The notes below the pieces were generated by a model. The model was not told the origin of the DNA. It saw only the letters and a list, made by a program, of their open reading frames with translations, and made no database searches. A DNA stretch of 64,000 bases from Zygnema circumcarinatum SAG 698-1b (lineage: Eukaryota; Plantae; Zygnematophyceae). Location: positions 1,674,001 to 1,738,000 of the forward strand of contig CM074807.1 of assembly GCA_037447605.1 (NCBI GenBank), written 5' to 3'. A program made the position numbers and the translations under genes. Shown here one piece after another: positions 24,101-35,614 of the stretch (its first letter is position 1; the number at the start of each line of letters is the position of its first letter).

Positions 24101-25323
24101 GGTGAATGTCACCAATTTCAAAAACTGTTCTGTGGTGTACGCTGTCAATGAGGTCAGCTTCCATCTTCTGTGTCTCCACTTATTAAGCTCCTCTTGATTT
24201 CTATTCTCCGAGTTTAATGTCTGACTCATGTTGTACGGCTCTGCTGAGGGTTGACTTCTCCGTTCCTACTTTTTCTTCAGGGTGACACGTGTGAGGCAAT
24301 TGCATCATATTTCAACATTACCTCGATATATGGGCTCGGCTCTCCCAATCCGGACTTGGACTGCTCGCAGCTCCGACCTTTCCAGCAGGTACAGCCTATG
24401 AACGTGGAAGGGGCGAGGCTCAATTCTTAACATGTTCGCTAAAATTCATCTGATAAGATGAAAGCGTGAAGCACAGCATAGCTTGTGTGCTCAAATGGCT
24501 TCATATTGTGAACGGCTATTTGCTTAAACGCACTGCTGCTTAATAATAAAGTCAAAACAACTTTTCTTGAAGATCTGATCGAATTCTAGAAGCAGCGCGA
24601 AAAATACGTACTAATTAAATTCTGCAGTGTACGAGGCACGGCATGCCATCATGAAAAGACTTGAGTGGTATCGAATTATGGGTGCAGGTCTGCATTCAGA
24701 GGGGAGCTCTTGTCTATCCGGGGCCATGCACAAACCTTTACGATGTCCAGTCCGAGGAATCCTGCTTCTCCATCATAAGCAAATACCTGAACGGAAGCAT
24801 TTGGAAGTTCTACACACTCAATCCCGGAGTGTATTGCGGCAAGTTGTTTCTCTCCCCGAGCGGCAGCGCTCCGATTGGGCAGCAGGTAAGAAAAGGACAA
24901 AGGAAAGCGTAGGGTCATGCATATGTGAAAATCGTTACCATTATCGTTTGCATTTCCCTTTAAAAAGTTTATATCAACATGGACTGAGTGAATGAAGGTG
25001 TGGTCGGCTTTTGTGGTTGAATTGGGTGTGTGGCGGTCTTGTCAATCGCAGAATGATTTGTTTTTTTTTTTTTTTTCTAACAACTGAACTATGTCTTACC
25101 TGCATCCTCCTTGCAGGTCTGTCTGGAAGCTGCCGATCTCGGCGCCAGTCCCACCTGTACCGGCAACACATACACGTTGAAGACAGGAGATAAATGCGCT
25201 AGTCTTAGTAAATGCTTCACAAAAAGGGAGAGTTTTAAAAAGCTCAATCGCTTCGCGTGCACTGGTTTAGCCTTGAAAAAGAACAAGATTATTTGTGTTC
25301 CTAAGACGAGCTCATGCTCGTAA
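9118..25323 (+). CDS. Giant secreted mosaic protein: SP-PAN-PAN-FTP-FTP-PAN-(SPPP)n-LRRNT-7xLRR-EGF-papain C1A protease-EGF-EGF-4xLysM (~1,600 aa predicted)
   Basis: Manually assembled exons: ~9118 (signal), 9332-9589, 10214-10525, 10802-10941 (spans N-gap), 13277-13729, 14837-15091, 15384-15608, 15905-16034, 17293-17376, 18131-18202, 18488-18559, 18744-18815, 19238-19309, 19531-19602, 19839-20182, 20436-20624, 20884-21110, 21401-21538, 21759-21978, 22578-22760, 23141-23284, 23774-23880, 24063-24152, 24281-24388, 24688-24885, 25117-25323 (TAA). All junctions from 13277 on are GT-AG with matching phases. The 5' part (9118-10941) is phase-compatible but contains a gap, and the signal-exon junction is unresolved. 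Confidence 0.8.
9332..10525 (+). other. Two PAN/apple-like domain exons (9332-9589, 10214-10525)
   Basis: Pattern s.eeC...C...C.C..fs.......C.LK....: VSSVEECAQQCTQSCRCVCFSI..CWLKY and VSSIAYCEAFCNRECLCLAYSV..CSIKY. Confidence 0.7.
10802..10941 (+). other. F-type lectin (FTP/fucolectin) exon 1, interrupted by a 10-N gap
   Basis: GNLAFNRPAFQSS...ALNAVDG before the gap. After the gap, (V)FGGYG|gtacgt matches the end of the second FTP exon (AFG..LG|gtacgc). The gap probably hides ~300 nt of the domain. Confidence 0.7.
13277..13729 (+). other. F-type lectin (FTP/F5-F8 type C) domain exon 2
   Basis: NLALQKPALQSS..AWRAVDG..CAST..NWWRVDLG..V.L.GRTDCCADRMNGAAVWIG..C..GRFLWV..LTLCEVKAFG. Confidence 0.9.
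13850..13990 (+). repeat. Intronic telomere-like CCCTAAA tract
   Basis: ccctaaaccctaaaccg... and aaaccctaaaaccttaaaccctaaacc. Confidence 0.8.
14837..15091 (+). other. PAN/apple-like domain exon 3 (paralog of 9332-9589)
   Basis: VSSAGECKQLCTGFCQCVGFSI..GYGDGSQFQCWLKY..TYIR aligns residue by residue with PAN exon 1. Confidence 0.75.
15384..15608 (+). repeat. 12-bp tandem repeat (TCTCCCCCTCCA, ~11 copies) encoding an extensin-like (Ser-Pro3)n stalk exon
   Basis: Splice phases on both sides (cag|15384, 15608|gtaag, both phase 1) select the SPPP frame. Confidence 0.85.
15905..20182 (+). other. Plant-type extracellular LRR region: LRRNT_2 cap, 7 repeats, Cys-rich C-cap and EGF-like module
   Basis: VVALLEFKRAI..LRNWK..VCSWDGIVC; ATISPSIGILTALVEL; DLSNNKLSGVIPDTLGQLQNLKKL; SLSNNLLTGAIPSSFSNLTSLTEM; SLSLNQLTGRIPSFFGNLQALLSL; NLGSNQLSGPIPASIGALRALQEL; RLLNNQLTGNIPTSFGGLLSIRTL; then CGGNGFC..FCTCNVGY..C. 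Five repeats are exact 72-nt phase-2 exons. Confidence 0.92.
20436..21978 (+). other. Papain-family (C1A) cysteine protease catalytic domain, 4 exons
   Basis: WNWTDEGAVQGVKDQGTC|NACWVFSAISAIES (oxyanion Gln, catalytic Cys); LAEQQVLTC; CLSGGWP; VDHSVVVVGY (His); [20 protein letters not shown] (Asn); GICGI. Confidence 0.93.
22578..23284 (+). other. Two EGF-like exons (22578-22760, 23141-23284)
   Basis: NPCGNGVC..LCRCSKGF..QTCAP and NPCGAGTC..YACACPLGY..HTCVP. Confidence 0.8.
23774..25323 (+). other. Four Cys-containing LysM repeats (C-terminus)
   Basis: YAVNEGDTCEAIASYFNI..NPDLDCSQLRPFQQVCI; YDVQSEESCFSI..LNPGVYC..GQQVCL; YTLKTGDKCASL..LNRFAC..KIICV; plus a more divergent first repeat. Confidence 0.82.
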
Positions 25324-26819
25324 ACAAGCGGCTGCATGAGGCAATGGCGTGTTTGGGCATGACCGGCTGAAAGACAGCAAGAGGGCATTTCCAACTTGTA
25401 GGGTATGTGAGGCAGGAGGGGGTGGTTATGACTTTTGGGGTATTTCAGACAGCAAGAGTGTGTTTTCTACTTCTGGGGAATTTTACTGGGACGGCTGCAA
25501 CGGCGGGCCCTGCTCCACCCGCTCGTGGAACACAGTGTGCTATGGCGGAACGGACTTGCAATGGTCGTAGAGGAAGATGGCCCCATATAGTGCACAGGAA
25601 AGGATCAATATCGAGAGCCCATGTGAAAACATAACAAAGTAAAGTAAAGCGGTTGAGAAAAGAGCGTTGCTTGATGCAATGTTGTTGTAGAGGGGGCTAA
25701 GCCTCCTTTAAGCATAAACATACATAAATTAAAATGAAATAAAAATAAAAACAAAAAAAAAGGCTGAATTTTCAAAATCTGAGGGGGGGCTTAGCCTCCC
25801 CACCTTGTATTTGCAGGTCCGCCAATGTGAACGAAGTGCCATCCATGGTCATGGCCCACGCGGACGGGCATCGTTGGATGCATGTGCGTTGCATGATGTG
25901 GCGTGCATGCGCGATATACATACATATATACATACATACATACATGTGATGGTCCATCCATGACATCCATGGTTCATCGCGCGCTGGAGTCTGGACCTTG
26001 ACCGACCGCCCGGAAGCGAAGGTGGCAGAACAGCACAGAACCCGCAACCCGTGAGTGAAGCTTTCCTCTGTTCTGCTCTGAGCAGGCGCGCAGACGGCGC
26101 TGCTGCTGCTGCTGCTGCTGCTGGTTTGCGGACCCTGAAGCCTTTTCTGCATTCGCAGACAGAGCGTTCCGTTTCTGCAGATAGAGGGCTGCTCTTCTGC
26201 AGGCTGCTCTTTAGTCGTCCGTTACGTACGGCTCTGCGCAACGGGAGCAGCAGAATTGCAGGCGAAGCTGGTCCGCCTTGGAAGGGGGCGGAGAGGAGTC
26301 CGTCCATCATTTCTGTGAGCGGCAGGTGAGTGCTTAATTCAAGGAGAGGGCTTTCGCCTTTCAGTCGGTGGGCTTTGGATTTGGAGATCTGGACTGGTTT
26401 ATTTGAAAAGCACACCTTTTGTGTTCGCGGTCCTTTCTGCCTACGGTTTGAAGGGAAACGCGATAAACGGCGTCGCTGCTTGCTTGGCTTAATCAGTTGA
26501 AATTATCCTTTCAGGTCTGTCTTCTGGATTTTAGTTAGTTTGCATGCCATCAAGTGATGCCCATGTTGAGGTTGATGTGTCCGTCTGTACGTCTCCAGGA
26601 GTCCATGTCCTTCAGGTGGCCAATCCGCCTGTAGCTGCTCCGTGACTGTTTCCCTCACAAGATGCTGATGAAGGTGACTGAGAGTTCGCGTTTCTATTAG
26701 AACAGTTGACGAAAGCGATTCCCAATATGCGCCTCACTCACGCTAATTGTGGTGCCTGCGTGTTTCTGTATTTTTGCTGGCTCAGGGTATCGAAAGCCTG
26801 CAATTCAAATTGTTCAGGC

Positions 26820-28896
26820 ATGCCACGATCCCCTTCCCCCTCACGCTCTCCTGTTAGGAGGAGCCGGCGATGGTCTCCGTCGCGGTCTCCAGATGCGCGG
26901 CACAGTAAGCGTGGCAGGCGGGATCGCTCCCCGAGGGCCAGGTGGGGGGGCCGTTCCTGCTTCTGCCCACGCCGTCAGTCATCACTATTCCACTTAGCCC
27001 GTGTTTCCCACTCAGTGCTTAAGTTGACAATCCAGCCCTTACGACCACAAGGGACTCCCGACGTTTCAGCGGTTGACGCTTCGCCCGTGTCCAAGGGGGG
27101 AAAATGAATCAAACTAGTAGCAGCAGGTGACTGTGGACTGTGTAATCCATCGTCTGCTTATGCCCCCTTAGGAGGCCTGTTCGCTGGGGTTGGAACGACC
27201 TATTATCCCCCTGATGCTGCCTGAGAGGGCGTCGTTGTCATAGTGCATGGCATGACAGGCAGCCATGCGAGAGCTGCCGGTTGCCGGGATTTGCTTCGAG
27301 AGCTTCTGCTGCTGCTGTGGGTCGGTACGGTACGCCTTCTGCTGAGCCCTTGGCCTGGAGGTCTCCTTCCTCAGACATCATGGTATTGTTTAGATTCATA
27401 CCTCACTCCAGTCGGCCAGTCTGCCATGTGACACTGCATGATGATGCTTGAGCCTGTCGGAGGGTGTGCTTGTGGAGAATGAAATAAGGTGGCTGAGTGA
27501 GTGAGGGCTTACAGGGTTAACCCCTCCACCATGTAGCTCCACGTGTAGCTCAGGCGGGTTTGGACTTCCTGCACAATCGGGCACTTAAGACCGTTGTGCT
27601 AGGGACGTAGCTGATTATGGCTTGATATCCCACAAGTGGGAGGGATGCAAAAAGGCATTTCTCCCGCATCCGCAATAAAACCTATTCACAACATTCCGAC
27701 TGGGCTAAATTTCCTTTTAGAACATCGCGGGGTGTAGGCCTCCCAAAGTTAAACTGGAGTGGTCACCTCCAGAAGTCAAGCAGATTTCATCTGTTTGACC
27801 GACAGTTTGTCCATGAGAGAATGTTTACCCTTGCTTCTGACAATGTGTCTGTGTTGCAGGCGCTCCCCTTCTCCGTGGCGCAGCAACAAGAGGCGCAGTC
27901 GCAGTCCCATCCGGCCCCGCTCACCCAGAAAATCAGGGAGTCCTTTAGTGTCCAATGAGCGCAGACGTGCTCTCGAAAAAGCTCGGGAGGAAGAAGAGCG
28001 TGAGAAGAAGAGGTAATAGATTATTTCTGTCAACTTACTTGTCGAGTGGATGGTCCTTAGTGAAGGCGTTCGGAATGGACTGACTGGTTCTATAAACTGA
28101 ATTCGTATTTCTGCACTGCTATTAGTGTAAATAGCAATTTTGCGTCATCATCTTTAAAAAAATAGTTCTTCTGATAGGAACACGGTCTTTGGGTTTATCT
28201 GATTTAGAAATGCGTTGCGCTTCACTGCAGGCGGCAGCAGGAGGCAGAATTACAGCTTATCGAAGAGGAAACGGCACGACGAGTTGAAGAAGCTATTCGG
28301 AAGCGGGTAGAGGAGGAACTAAGTTCTGCAAAGATAAAGGCTGAAATTGCTGCGAAGGTAGAAGAAGGCAGACGTAAAATGTTTGACGAAGTTGCTGCTC
28401 AGCTCGCTGCGGAAAAGGAGGCCCAGCTTGCCACGGAGCGACAAAAGGAGGTATGCAAAAGTGTCTTGAGGTAGTCTGGATCAATAATGCCTAGGTTATT
28501 TCAGGCAGTACCTCCAACTGTTGCATTATTGGCAATTAGCTTGACAGAGGTTCAGTTGGCTAAGCAAAGATGACAGCCTTGTGCAAGTAACTGGGTTTGG
28601 CTAACTTTGGGAGCGATGAATGTGGCGTGCAGGAGGCCGCGAGAAAGGAAAAAGAGGAACTGGAGCGGATGTTGGAGGAGAATCGTCGCAAGGTGGAGGA
28701 GGCACAGAGGAAGGCTGCGGAGGAACAGGCACGTGAAGAAGAGCAGAGATATAAAGAGCTGGAGGCTTTGCAGAAGCAGAAGGAAGAGGCAGCTCGGCGG
28801 AAGAAGTTAGAAGAGGAGCAAGCGAGGCTGGAGCAGATGAAGGTGTTGGGGAAGAAAAATGCTCGACCAAAGTTGTCCTTCAGTTTAGGAAAGTGA
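26820..28896 (+). CDS. ARGLU1: Arginine/glutamate-rich protein 1 (ARGLU1/UPF0430 family), 4 exons
   Basis: RS-rich N-terminus (MPRSPSPSRSPVRR..). Exons ~26820-26941, 27861-28012, 28231-28450, ~28633-28896. Motifs LIEEETARRVEEAIRKRVEEEL, ELERMLEENRRKVEEAQRK and the C-terminal LGKKNARPKLSFSL. Confidence 0.93.
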
Positions 28897-30003
28897 ATCA
28901 CAACATATTTTGTAAATCAGCCTCCCCATCCTGTTTGCTTAAGAGTCGAAAAGGAAGTTTTCGCAGTGGTAATTCCTTGGCCTGTAAGAACATTGTTCGG
29001 TCTTTGGAGCTCAGAATAGCATTTGAGGATAGGATCTTCCCTTTTGTTATCAAAAAAATCAGGTTAGGTAGAAACAGTAAGCAGGTGTTGTAGGCAGTTA
29101 TTGGAAACCATGTTGGTTTCAATGTTGTCTCCCTTCAATCCGGTCTTGTTTGGTCATGTCTAATGTCCTCTCTGGGTCAATCAGAAATGAAGGTGTTGTT
29201 GGCTTCAAGCAATTGCTGTTCGAGGAGACACTTTTGGAGCCCTACTTGACCCAATGAAGGCCATTCTTTGTGCTGTCGAATGCCTCATGCGCACTTTTGC
29301 CTGCTTGAAAGGACAAAAAACGATTGGCCTTTCCAATGCCACACCATTGATTTCAAAGCAAAATGCGGCAACCTTTGCTCGCGATTGTCCAAAAAGGCTA
29401 ACGAATGGTGAAAGAAAGGATCACAAAATATTTTGCACCGAACTCATTTGAAAGCTACATGTGATTCTTCTGCACCCCTAGCCTCGCCGAGGGGAGTTTA
29501 GTAGTACTGATCTGCAATTTTTTGAGTAAAATTTTGTTGACGTTTGACAAGCCCTAATTTCCTCTGCCTCTGCACTTCAGCATGTGTGCGCCGTAGAGGG
29601 AAGGTACAGTGAGTGAGTGTTCAGTCCCTGTGTCACGGACTCACAGACTCGCAGTGGAGAGCACATCCAACCAGTGGGGGGGATTCAAGGCGGGAGCTTC
29701 AAGCTCAGGCCAGACAGCTATCTCGCATGCCGGCACGGCACTGTATGTTATGGCGGTGGCAAAGAGGCAAAAACTTTACGTTGTCTTTGGAGGCTGAACG
29801 GCTCGCTGAAACCGACCGCGGGGCTTAGCAGGATGGGTTAGAACGCCGTAGTCTGCAAGACAGCAAGAGGATGTCAATCCATTACAAAGGGGGTTTCGGT
29901 TGATGAGGAAGGGAGAGTTCCCGATTCTGCAATTGTGCGGTTGTTCGAAGCATTCTCTCTGTGAAGGCGAAAAGAAAGAAAGAGTCTGGGAAGGCGGGCG
30001 GTG

Positions 30004-33000
30004 ATGGCCCGGCATGATGCTCTCGCTGCCACGGGCCTCTGGGCCCTTGCAGACGAGTTTGAAGAGGCAGGCTGCGTTCCGCAGGTGTGTTTCTTTCTTC
30101 AACACTTTTCATTTTTGCTTCCGTGAGTGATTTGCTGAGCGAGCCTACTCCCACTCTGCAAAGTTCGACTTATTCACTTCCCCAGCAAACACATGATATG
30201 CCAGCATATTGAATGAGCTGGTTTAGGCTGACATAGTCTTCACTCGGATTCAATTTTGGCATCAGCTTGGAGGGCTTTGGTACAGGCGGTCAAGTGCCTG
30301 GAGGCCATCTGTCAAAGTGATGTGTTGTTTCAGCCATGGATTGAAGCCAAGACGCGAGTTAGGGTTGCTCAACTGCTGCTTGAACATTGCGATAACACCA
30401 AGGCCGCTCAGAGTCATTTAGAGCGCGCCGTAAATACCTTACCCATTCTTCCAAGCTTTCACTTTGAATAGCTATCATACCAAGTGTTTACTATATTTGA
30501 TGTCATCCTTTTCAGCTCAAATAGGCTCGTCCGTCCACTTTGCAAGGCTCATGAGGGGCCTGATTTTTTTGCATACATCAGCATTAAAAATATGTTCTTG
30601 AAAGAGCTGTTATAAATAAACAGAAGTGGGACCAACCCATAGCAATACAGTTGTCGAAGTCGATACAATCGAAGAAACGGATTTAACTTTGAAAATAACT
30701 ATCTTGTTTACTGTGACGTAATTGATTGCTCTTGACGTTGTTCGCTCGGTTTGGGTTTGGGGATGAACTTCCAGCTTGTCGTGGTGAAGCAAGTACCAGG
30801 TTGTTTGGGCCTTAAATGCAGTGTTATCAGCCTCCTTAGCCATTGTTATGGTCTTTCTCGAGCACTTCATTTACAAAAACAAATGCTCACACGAGGTCTT
30901 GAACTCACAAAAGGTAGCCCTCAAATGTGAGATTTCCTCTCTCTCTACTGCATCTTCTTGCTGCTTGCTTGTATTTAATTGCCCATTTGAAGTGGTAACA
31001 TTTAACTAGATAGCAGAGCACTTAACTTCCCACCAATGTGTGAAGACAAGTTTCCTTGTGATCGAATGAGATTGGCATGAATGAGATGAAATTTGGAACA
31101 AAAAGTATTCGCCAAAAATGGTTCTGGTTTATGTAGAACCAGACCACTTTATGACTGACTCAAGCCTGTTCTGCAGGGTGTCAGTTTAATTTAAAGACGT
31201 TTCACCTGTTTTCATACCGCTTATGATGATGGTTCATTCTGCGTGTTTGGGTTCACACGTTAAATTGACTACTTTGCTGGTCTTTTCTTAGACAGTGGTC
31301 CATGGGTGTATATTGACACGTTCATTTCGCGGTTTCTAGGGAGGGGATCCTACTGTGGACATGCAACTTTGCCCTGCAGTTAGGAGGGGCTCAAATGGAA
31401 GAAGGTGAATTCCAGGCTGCAGTAGCAACATTCAACATGGGATGCAATGTGGGAAAGAGTATCGGCCGCAATGATCTACAGGTCTGGTTTTTTTTTCTCT
31501 CCCGCATCCTAAGGGAAAGTTTTCTGTTGACTTTTGTCGGAGTCTTTTGTTGTTTCCACTCTCGATTATGCTGTTAGCAATGCCACTTCACTGTGTTTTT
31601 GCACTTTGTAACTTTTCCAATGCTAAAAGTAGCGCATTTGTACCTTCATGCGATCCCTGCCAATTGGGTGTCCGCTGGGAGTGTTGGGTAGGGAAGCAGC
31701 TGCTCTTTGCTGTGCCCATAGTGCATATCCTTCTCACGGGGAATGCAGCGCCCTCCATAGTAGCCGCAGCCGTACAAGCCTGCCGAGCTTTGGTGGGATT
31801 GCTCTCTTCAGAGCAGGTATATAAAGTTGTTCTTGGCTTACTTTTAGTTGCCTCAATGCGAGCTTAGGAACTACAGTGAACTTGCAACACATGGGGAGCG
31901 TCAGGTGTTTACAACATTAATAACGCAGCATCATCTTTTGCAGTAGACCATGCTCTTTTAAAGTCGCTTGTCAGAATCTGCCATATCGGCGTGTATCCAG
32001 GAAAAGTTCCTTTTCTCTGAGCAGCGACTCCTTAGTTCTTGGACGACTCTTGTACCTGATTCAGAGTTCTTTTCCACGTGCCAAGCGTTGGCCCCTTGCA
32101 GAGACAGGTGCACACTGGGCTCCTCGTTTATTGGGAGCTATTGCAGGCTATGTGGATGCTTCATATTTGCGATTATAAATCACTCAAAGCGCTTTTGCAG
32201 TCCATGGAACAATGCATCAGCAGCAGTTCAACTGCGAGGGGGTGCGCAGCACCTGCACAGCCCCCCTCCGCCCCCCCTCCAAACAAGCAGATTGCACAGT
32301 CTCAAGAACAGCATATTCCTCCTTCTGTTGTTTGCACGCTACCTGGCAATCTAAAGCCCTTCTGCAACAAGAGGGGCCGCTTGCTGTTGGCCCCTCCTCC
32401 TTTAGATGCGGATTGGCTGCCGTTGGCAGTCGTGTACATTGTGGTGGACCTCCTCGCGTTGGCCTGTCTGCGATTGGACGGAGAGAAGTCAAAACTCATT
32501 GAGCGGCAAATCGTGTGTTTGAACCGCATCAAAGGCAAGTGCATCTCTGATCGCCGTCGTTTGTTCGGATATCTTTCCGGTGGCAGAACTTCGGTTTGGG
32601 GAGCACTCTCTGTGATCTTGCCCCTTGACGCTTTGGTTGAACCTAGTGGGTACATTTTTGCCTGATAAGCTACAGGACTGCCCGCAGTTTTGCAATTAAA
32701 GCTTACCTTATGGATGGGTGGTGCAGGGGAGCTTCTGAAGATGGGCGTTCTGGACAACTCTACAGGTAGTTGGCAGTTCACACTCGATGTTGGTTTCTTG
32801 CTCAGAGAGGGAATTTTGGGAAGGTGTCAACGTCTTCTCTACGTGTTCTTAGCCATCTTTGACTGCCCAAGTAGCGCTCTGGAGGTAACAGTCTCATGAG
32901 AATTACGAATACGCTACGGCGATTTCAATCATGATTTCAACGTTTGTTTTCTCAAAATTCTGAGGTTGTAGCCACCTCTGGGCGGCCACCTCACCAGTCG

Positions 33001-35614
33001 GGCATTTCGACCTTCAACAAACTTGATCATGTGGTTTTTTCCTTGGTTAGGTTTGTCAAATTGAATTTGAGATGGAGACCTTTCTCGCCTTCTTCTTCTG
33101 GTATGTGCAGTGGGTCTTATGCCTCACTCACATGTAGGAGTCCGTGCTGTTGTTGTTGCGTCCCTGCAGAGGCTGGTTTGGAACAATGGGCTTTGGAGGA
33201 AGTGAGCATATACCTCCACCTGTACGTTTTCTTGCTGGAAGAGCGCGCCCTCATGGAGTTTCAGCGGACTGCATGGCTGCAGGCACAACAGGTACGGAGG
33301 CAGCAGGGAGAGGAGAGAGGAGGAGACAGGAGAGAGAGAGAGAGGGAGAGGGAAGGGAGAGGAGAGGTGCAGACAGCAGTCTCAGTGGCTGAAGCTTCAT
33401 CATTAACATCATGCAGAACTTGACCTGCAGTGGTCGAACCATGAGACTTTTAAAGCATTCTCAAAGTGGATAGAGCTGGTATTCGTTATCCGTTTGCCTA
33501 TTTGGGAGGAAACATAAGCGATTGACGAGACATTGAGGAAGTAGTCATTATTTTCTGGCACCATTTTTGCCATATCTCAGTCGCTGGAGGTCTACGTTTC
33601 GGTCGCATGTCCGATCTGTTTCAAGGTGCTGAATGTCATTAGATTGGAATGGTTCGAGGACATGTTCTGGTTGTGGCTGAGTCTCTCAGACATTCTGCTT
33701 GAGTTAGAGAGAACTTGGACGACCTTAGCTTACATTGTTCCAATGTCATAACTTTGACTTTGCAAATTGCTACTTCCTCGAAGTACATTGTACATGATTT
33801 ACATGGGCTGTACTTTTGAGGGACCATATTTGCAGACTGTTGCTGAAATCGTAGATTTGATGGGGCGATTCCCGATGATCTTGGAAGGACGAAAAAGTGA
33901 ATTGCATGTGCTGCTAGGCCTATACGCCCACTGCACCGGTAATTTCCAGGAAGCCGTCGCTCACTTTGTTGCTTCCAAGGTTAGTTTTGATTCAAACCCC
34001 ACTAGGAGCATATATATTGGATCCCACAGTAGCTCACTCCTTCGTTCACAACTATCTGGGAGTAGCATCGATGAAGCATGATACTGTGTGGGGTATGTGA
34101 TTGTCTTTTCAGTCCAATATCTGAAAGCGGAGGTGTTTTTTTTCCTTCAAACTCAACCCCAGTGCATGTTCGGACGTGAAAGTTGCTCCTGTCCATCTTT
34201 TCCCCTCAGTTTCACTGGGTTTTCCACCCGCAGGGGTCTGCCTCCGGCAAGGAGACCAAAGCCCTCTGCGACATCTTTGCAGCCATGTCCTGCCTCGCCC
34301 TTGGTACTGCCGACGCTTTGTCGCGGGTGGGTCCCGTTGTAGCTCAACCTGCCTCCTACCTGCATCTTTTATATATGGACTTTAGGCGGTGGTCTATGGA
34401 GGCAGGATTCTTCAAGAAAGGTATCTAGTTTATGGCATTTAACGGTTTCAACATCTACTCTGATGGGTCTTCCTTCCCTTTGCCAGGCTCTGGACCACAT
34501 AGGACCGGCATATGGACAGGCGGAAAGCCTTCAGCAGCCGCGAGTCATCGCCGGAGCGTTGTGTGGGATGGGCCTCTTTCGGTTTCAGCAGGGAGAACAC
34601 GCAGACGCAAGGTAGGTGCCCCTAGCCGGCTGCATGCACAATGCCCCACTCTCTTCATTCGCATCTTTGTCGAGTATTGCCCGTTAGCATCCGCTCTCTG
34701 CTTTTCGCTTTCTTCTCCCTCGTATCCCTGAACGATTCATTAGAGCCAGTCCTCTGAAAGCCGCTTAGTGGCTCAAGTGAAGCAATGCCCTTAGCCCGTT
34801 CTTTCTCATCGTTCACTTCAACTTTGGCTCCGTGGAAGGCCATCCTGCGATCCTTTGTGCCGAAGCTGACAGAGAGAGAGGGGCCGGGGCAGACTCCGCT
34901 TGGGCCGCGGTCTGAAGCTCGCCCACGAGCGGCTCGGCAGCCACCACCTTTTGGCGCAGTTTTTGGTGCCCTTGGGGGCGATCGCGCAGCGGCTCAACGA
35001 CGCGCAGCAGGCGCGGGAAGTCCTCCACTCGGCGCTGGTCACGGCTAAGAGTTCGGGCAGCGTTCCGGAACAATGCAGGGCTCTGCAGGCTCTGGAAGGT
35101 GCGCTACAAAGCGTTTTTTTGGTTTTACCCAATGAGTTGAGGGAGCTGCAGTTTTGGTCTCGACAGTGAAGTACAATGAGAAGATGATGTAGCGTAAGGA
35201 AGCAGATTGTGAAAGTTTTTTTGAGGCCAATGAAGCAATACATGGGAATCGACATTGATTAGGTGGAGCTGACTGGATTCATTGTGGGCCATGCAGAGGT
35301 TTATACCAGTTTGGGTGAAGCTGGAGGTCTATTGGAAACGCAGAGGAGTCTGCAAAAAAAGGCGCATCAGTTGGAGCAAGTGAAGCAGCTTCTGAGAAGC
35401 AGTCCCCTCCACAACCAGTTGCTGCAGGTGAGACCTTTTTCATTTTTCCCATGGCAATCTCCTTTGACTGCAAGAACACCACTGCTTTCTCCGTGAAGTT
35501 GAAGAGCCTATTTTCATCCAGCTAAACGTTTTCTCCCGTTTTTTCTTCAGCTGCCGCCAGCTTCTTCTAGCTCTGCTTACCATACGTGTTTGCTCTTTGC
35601 AGTACAACATATGA
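30004..35614 (+). CDS. SCC4: Cohesin loader subunit SCC4/MAU2, multi-exon
   Basis: GLWALADEF..|AVKCLEAICQS....IEAKTRVRVAQLLLEH..A.SHLERA; SLLSHCYG; LWTCNFALQL; RFPMILEG..LHVLLGLYAH..G.F.EA..HF; RLGRGLKLAHERLGSHHLLAQFL..LG..A..L.D..QAREVLHSAL. The final exon (YNI*, ~35603-35614) is less certain. Confidence 0.9.

Noticed and set aside
25349-25570. Short Trp/Cys-rich ORF just after the mosaic gene's stop codon
   Set aside because: It looks protein-like, but I found no phase-compatible junction to upstream exons; probably 3' UTR.
25690-25830. GGGGGCTAAGCCTCC hairpins and a GGTCCGCCAATG end suggesting a MITE
   Set aside because: No matching left terminus or TSD was found.
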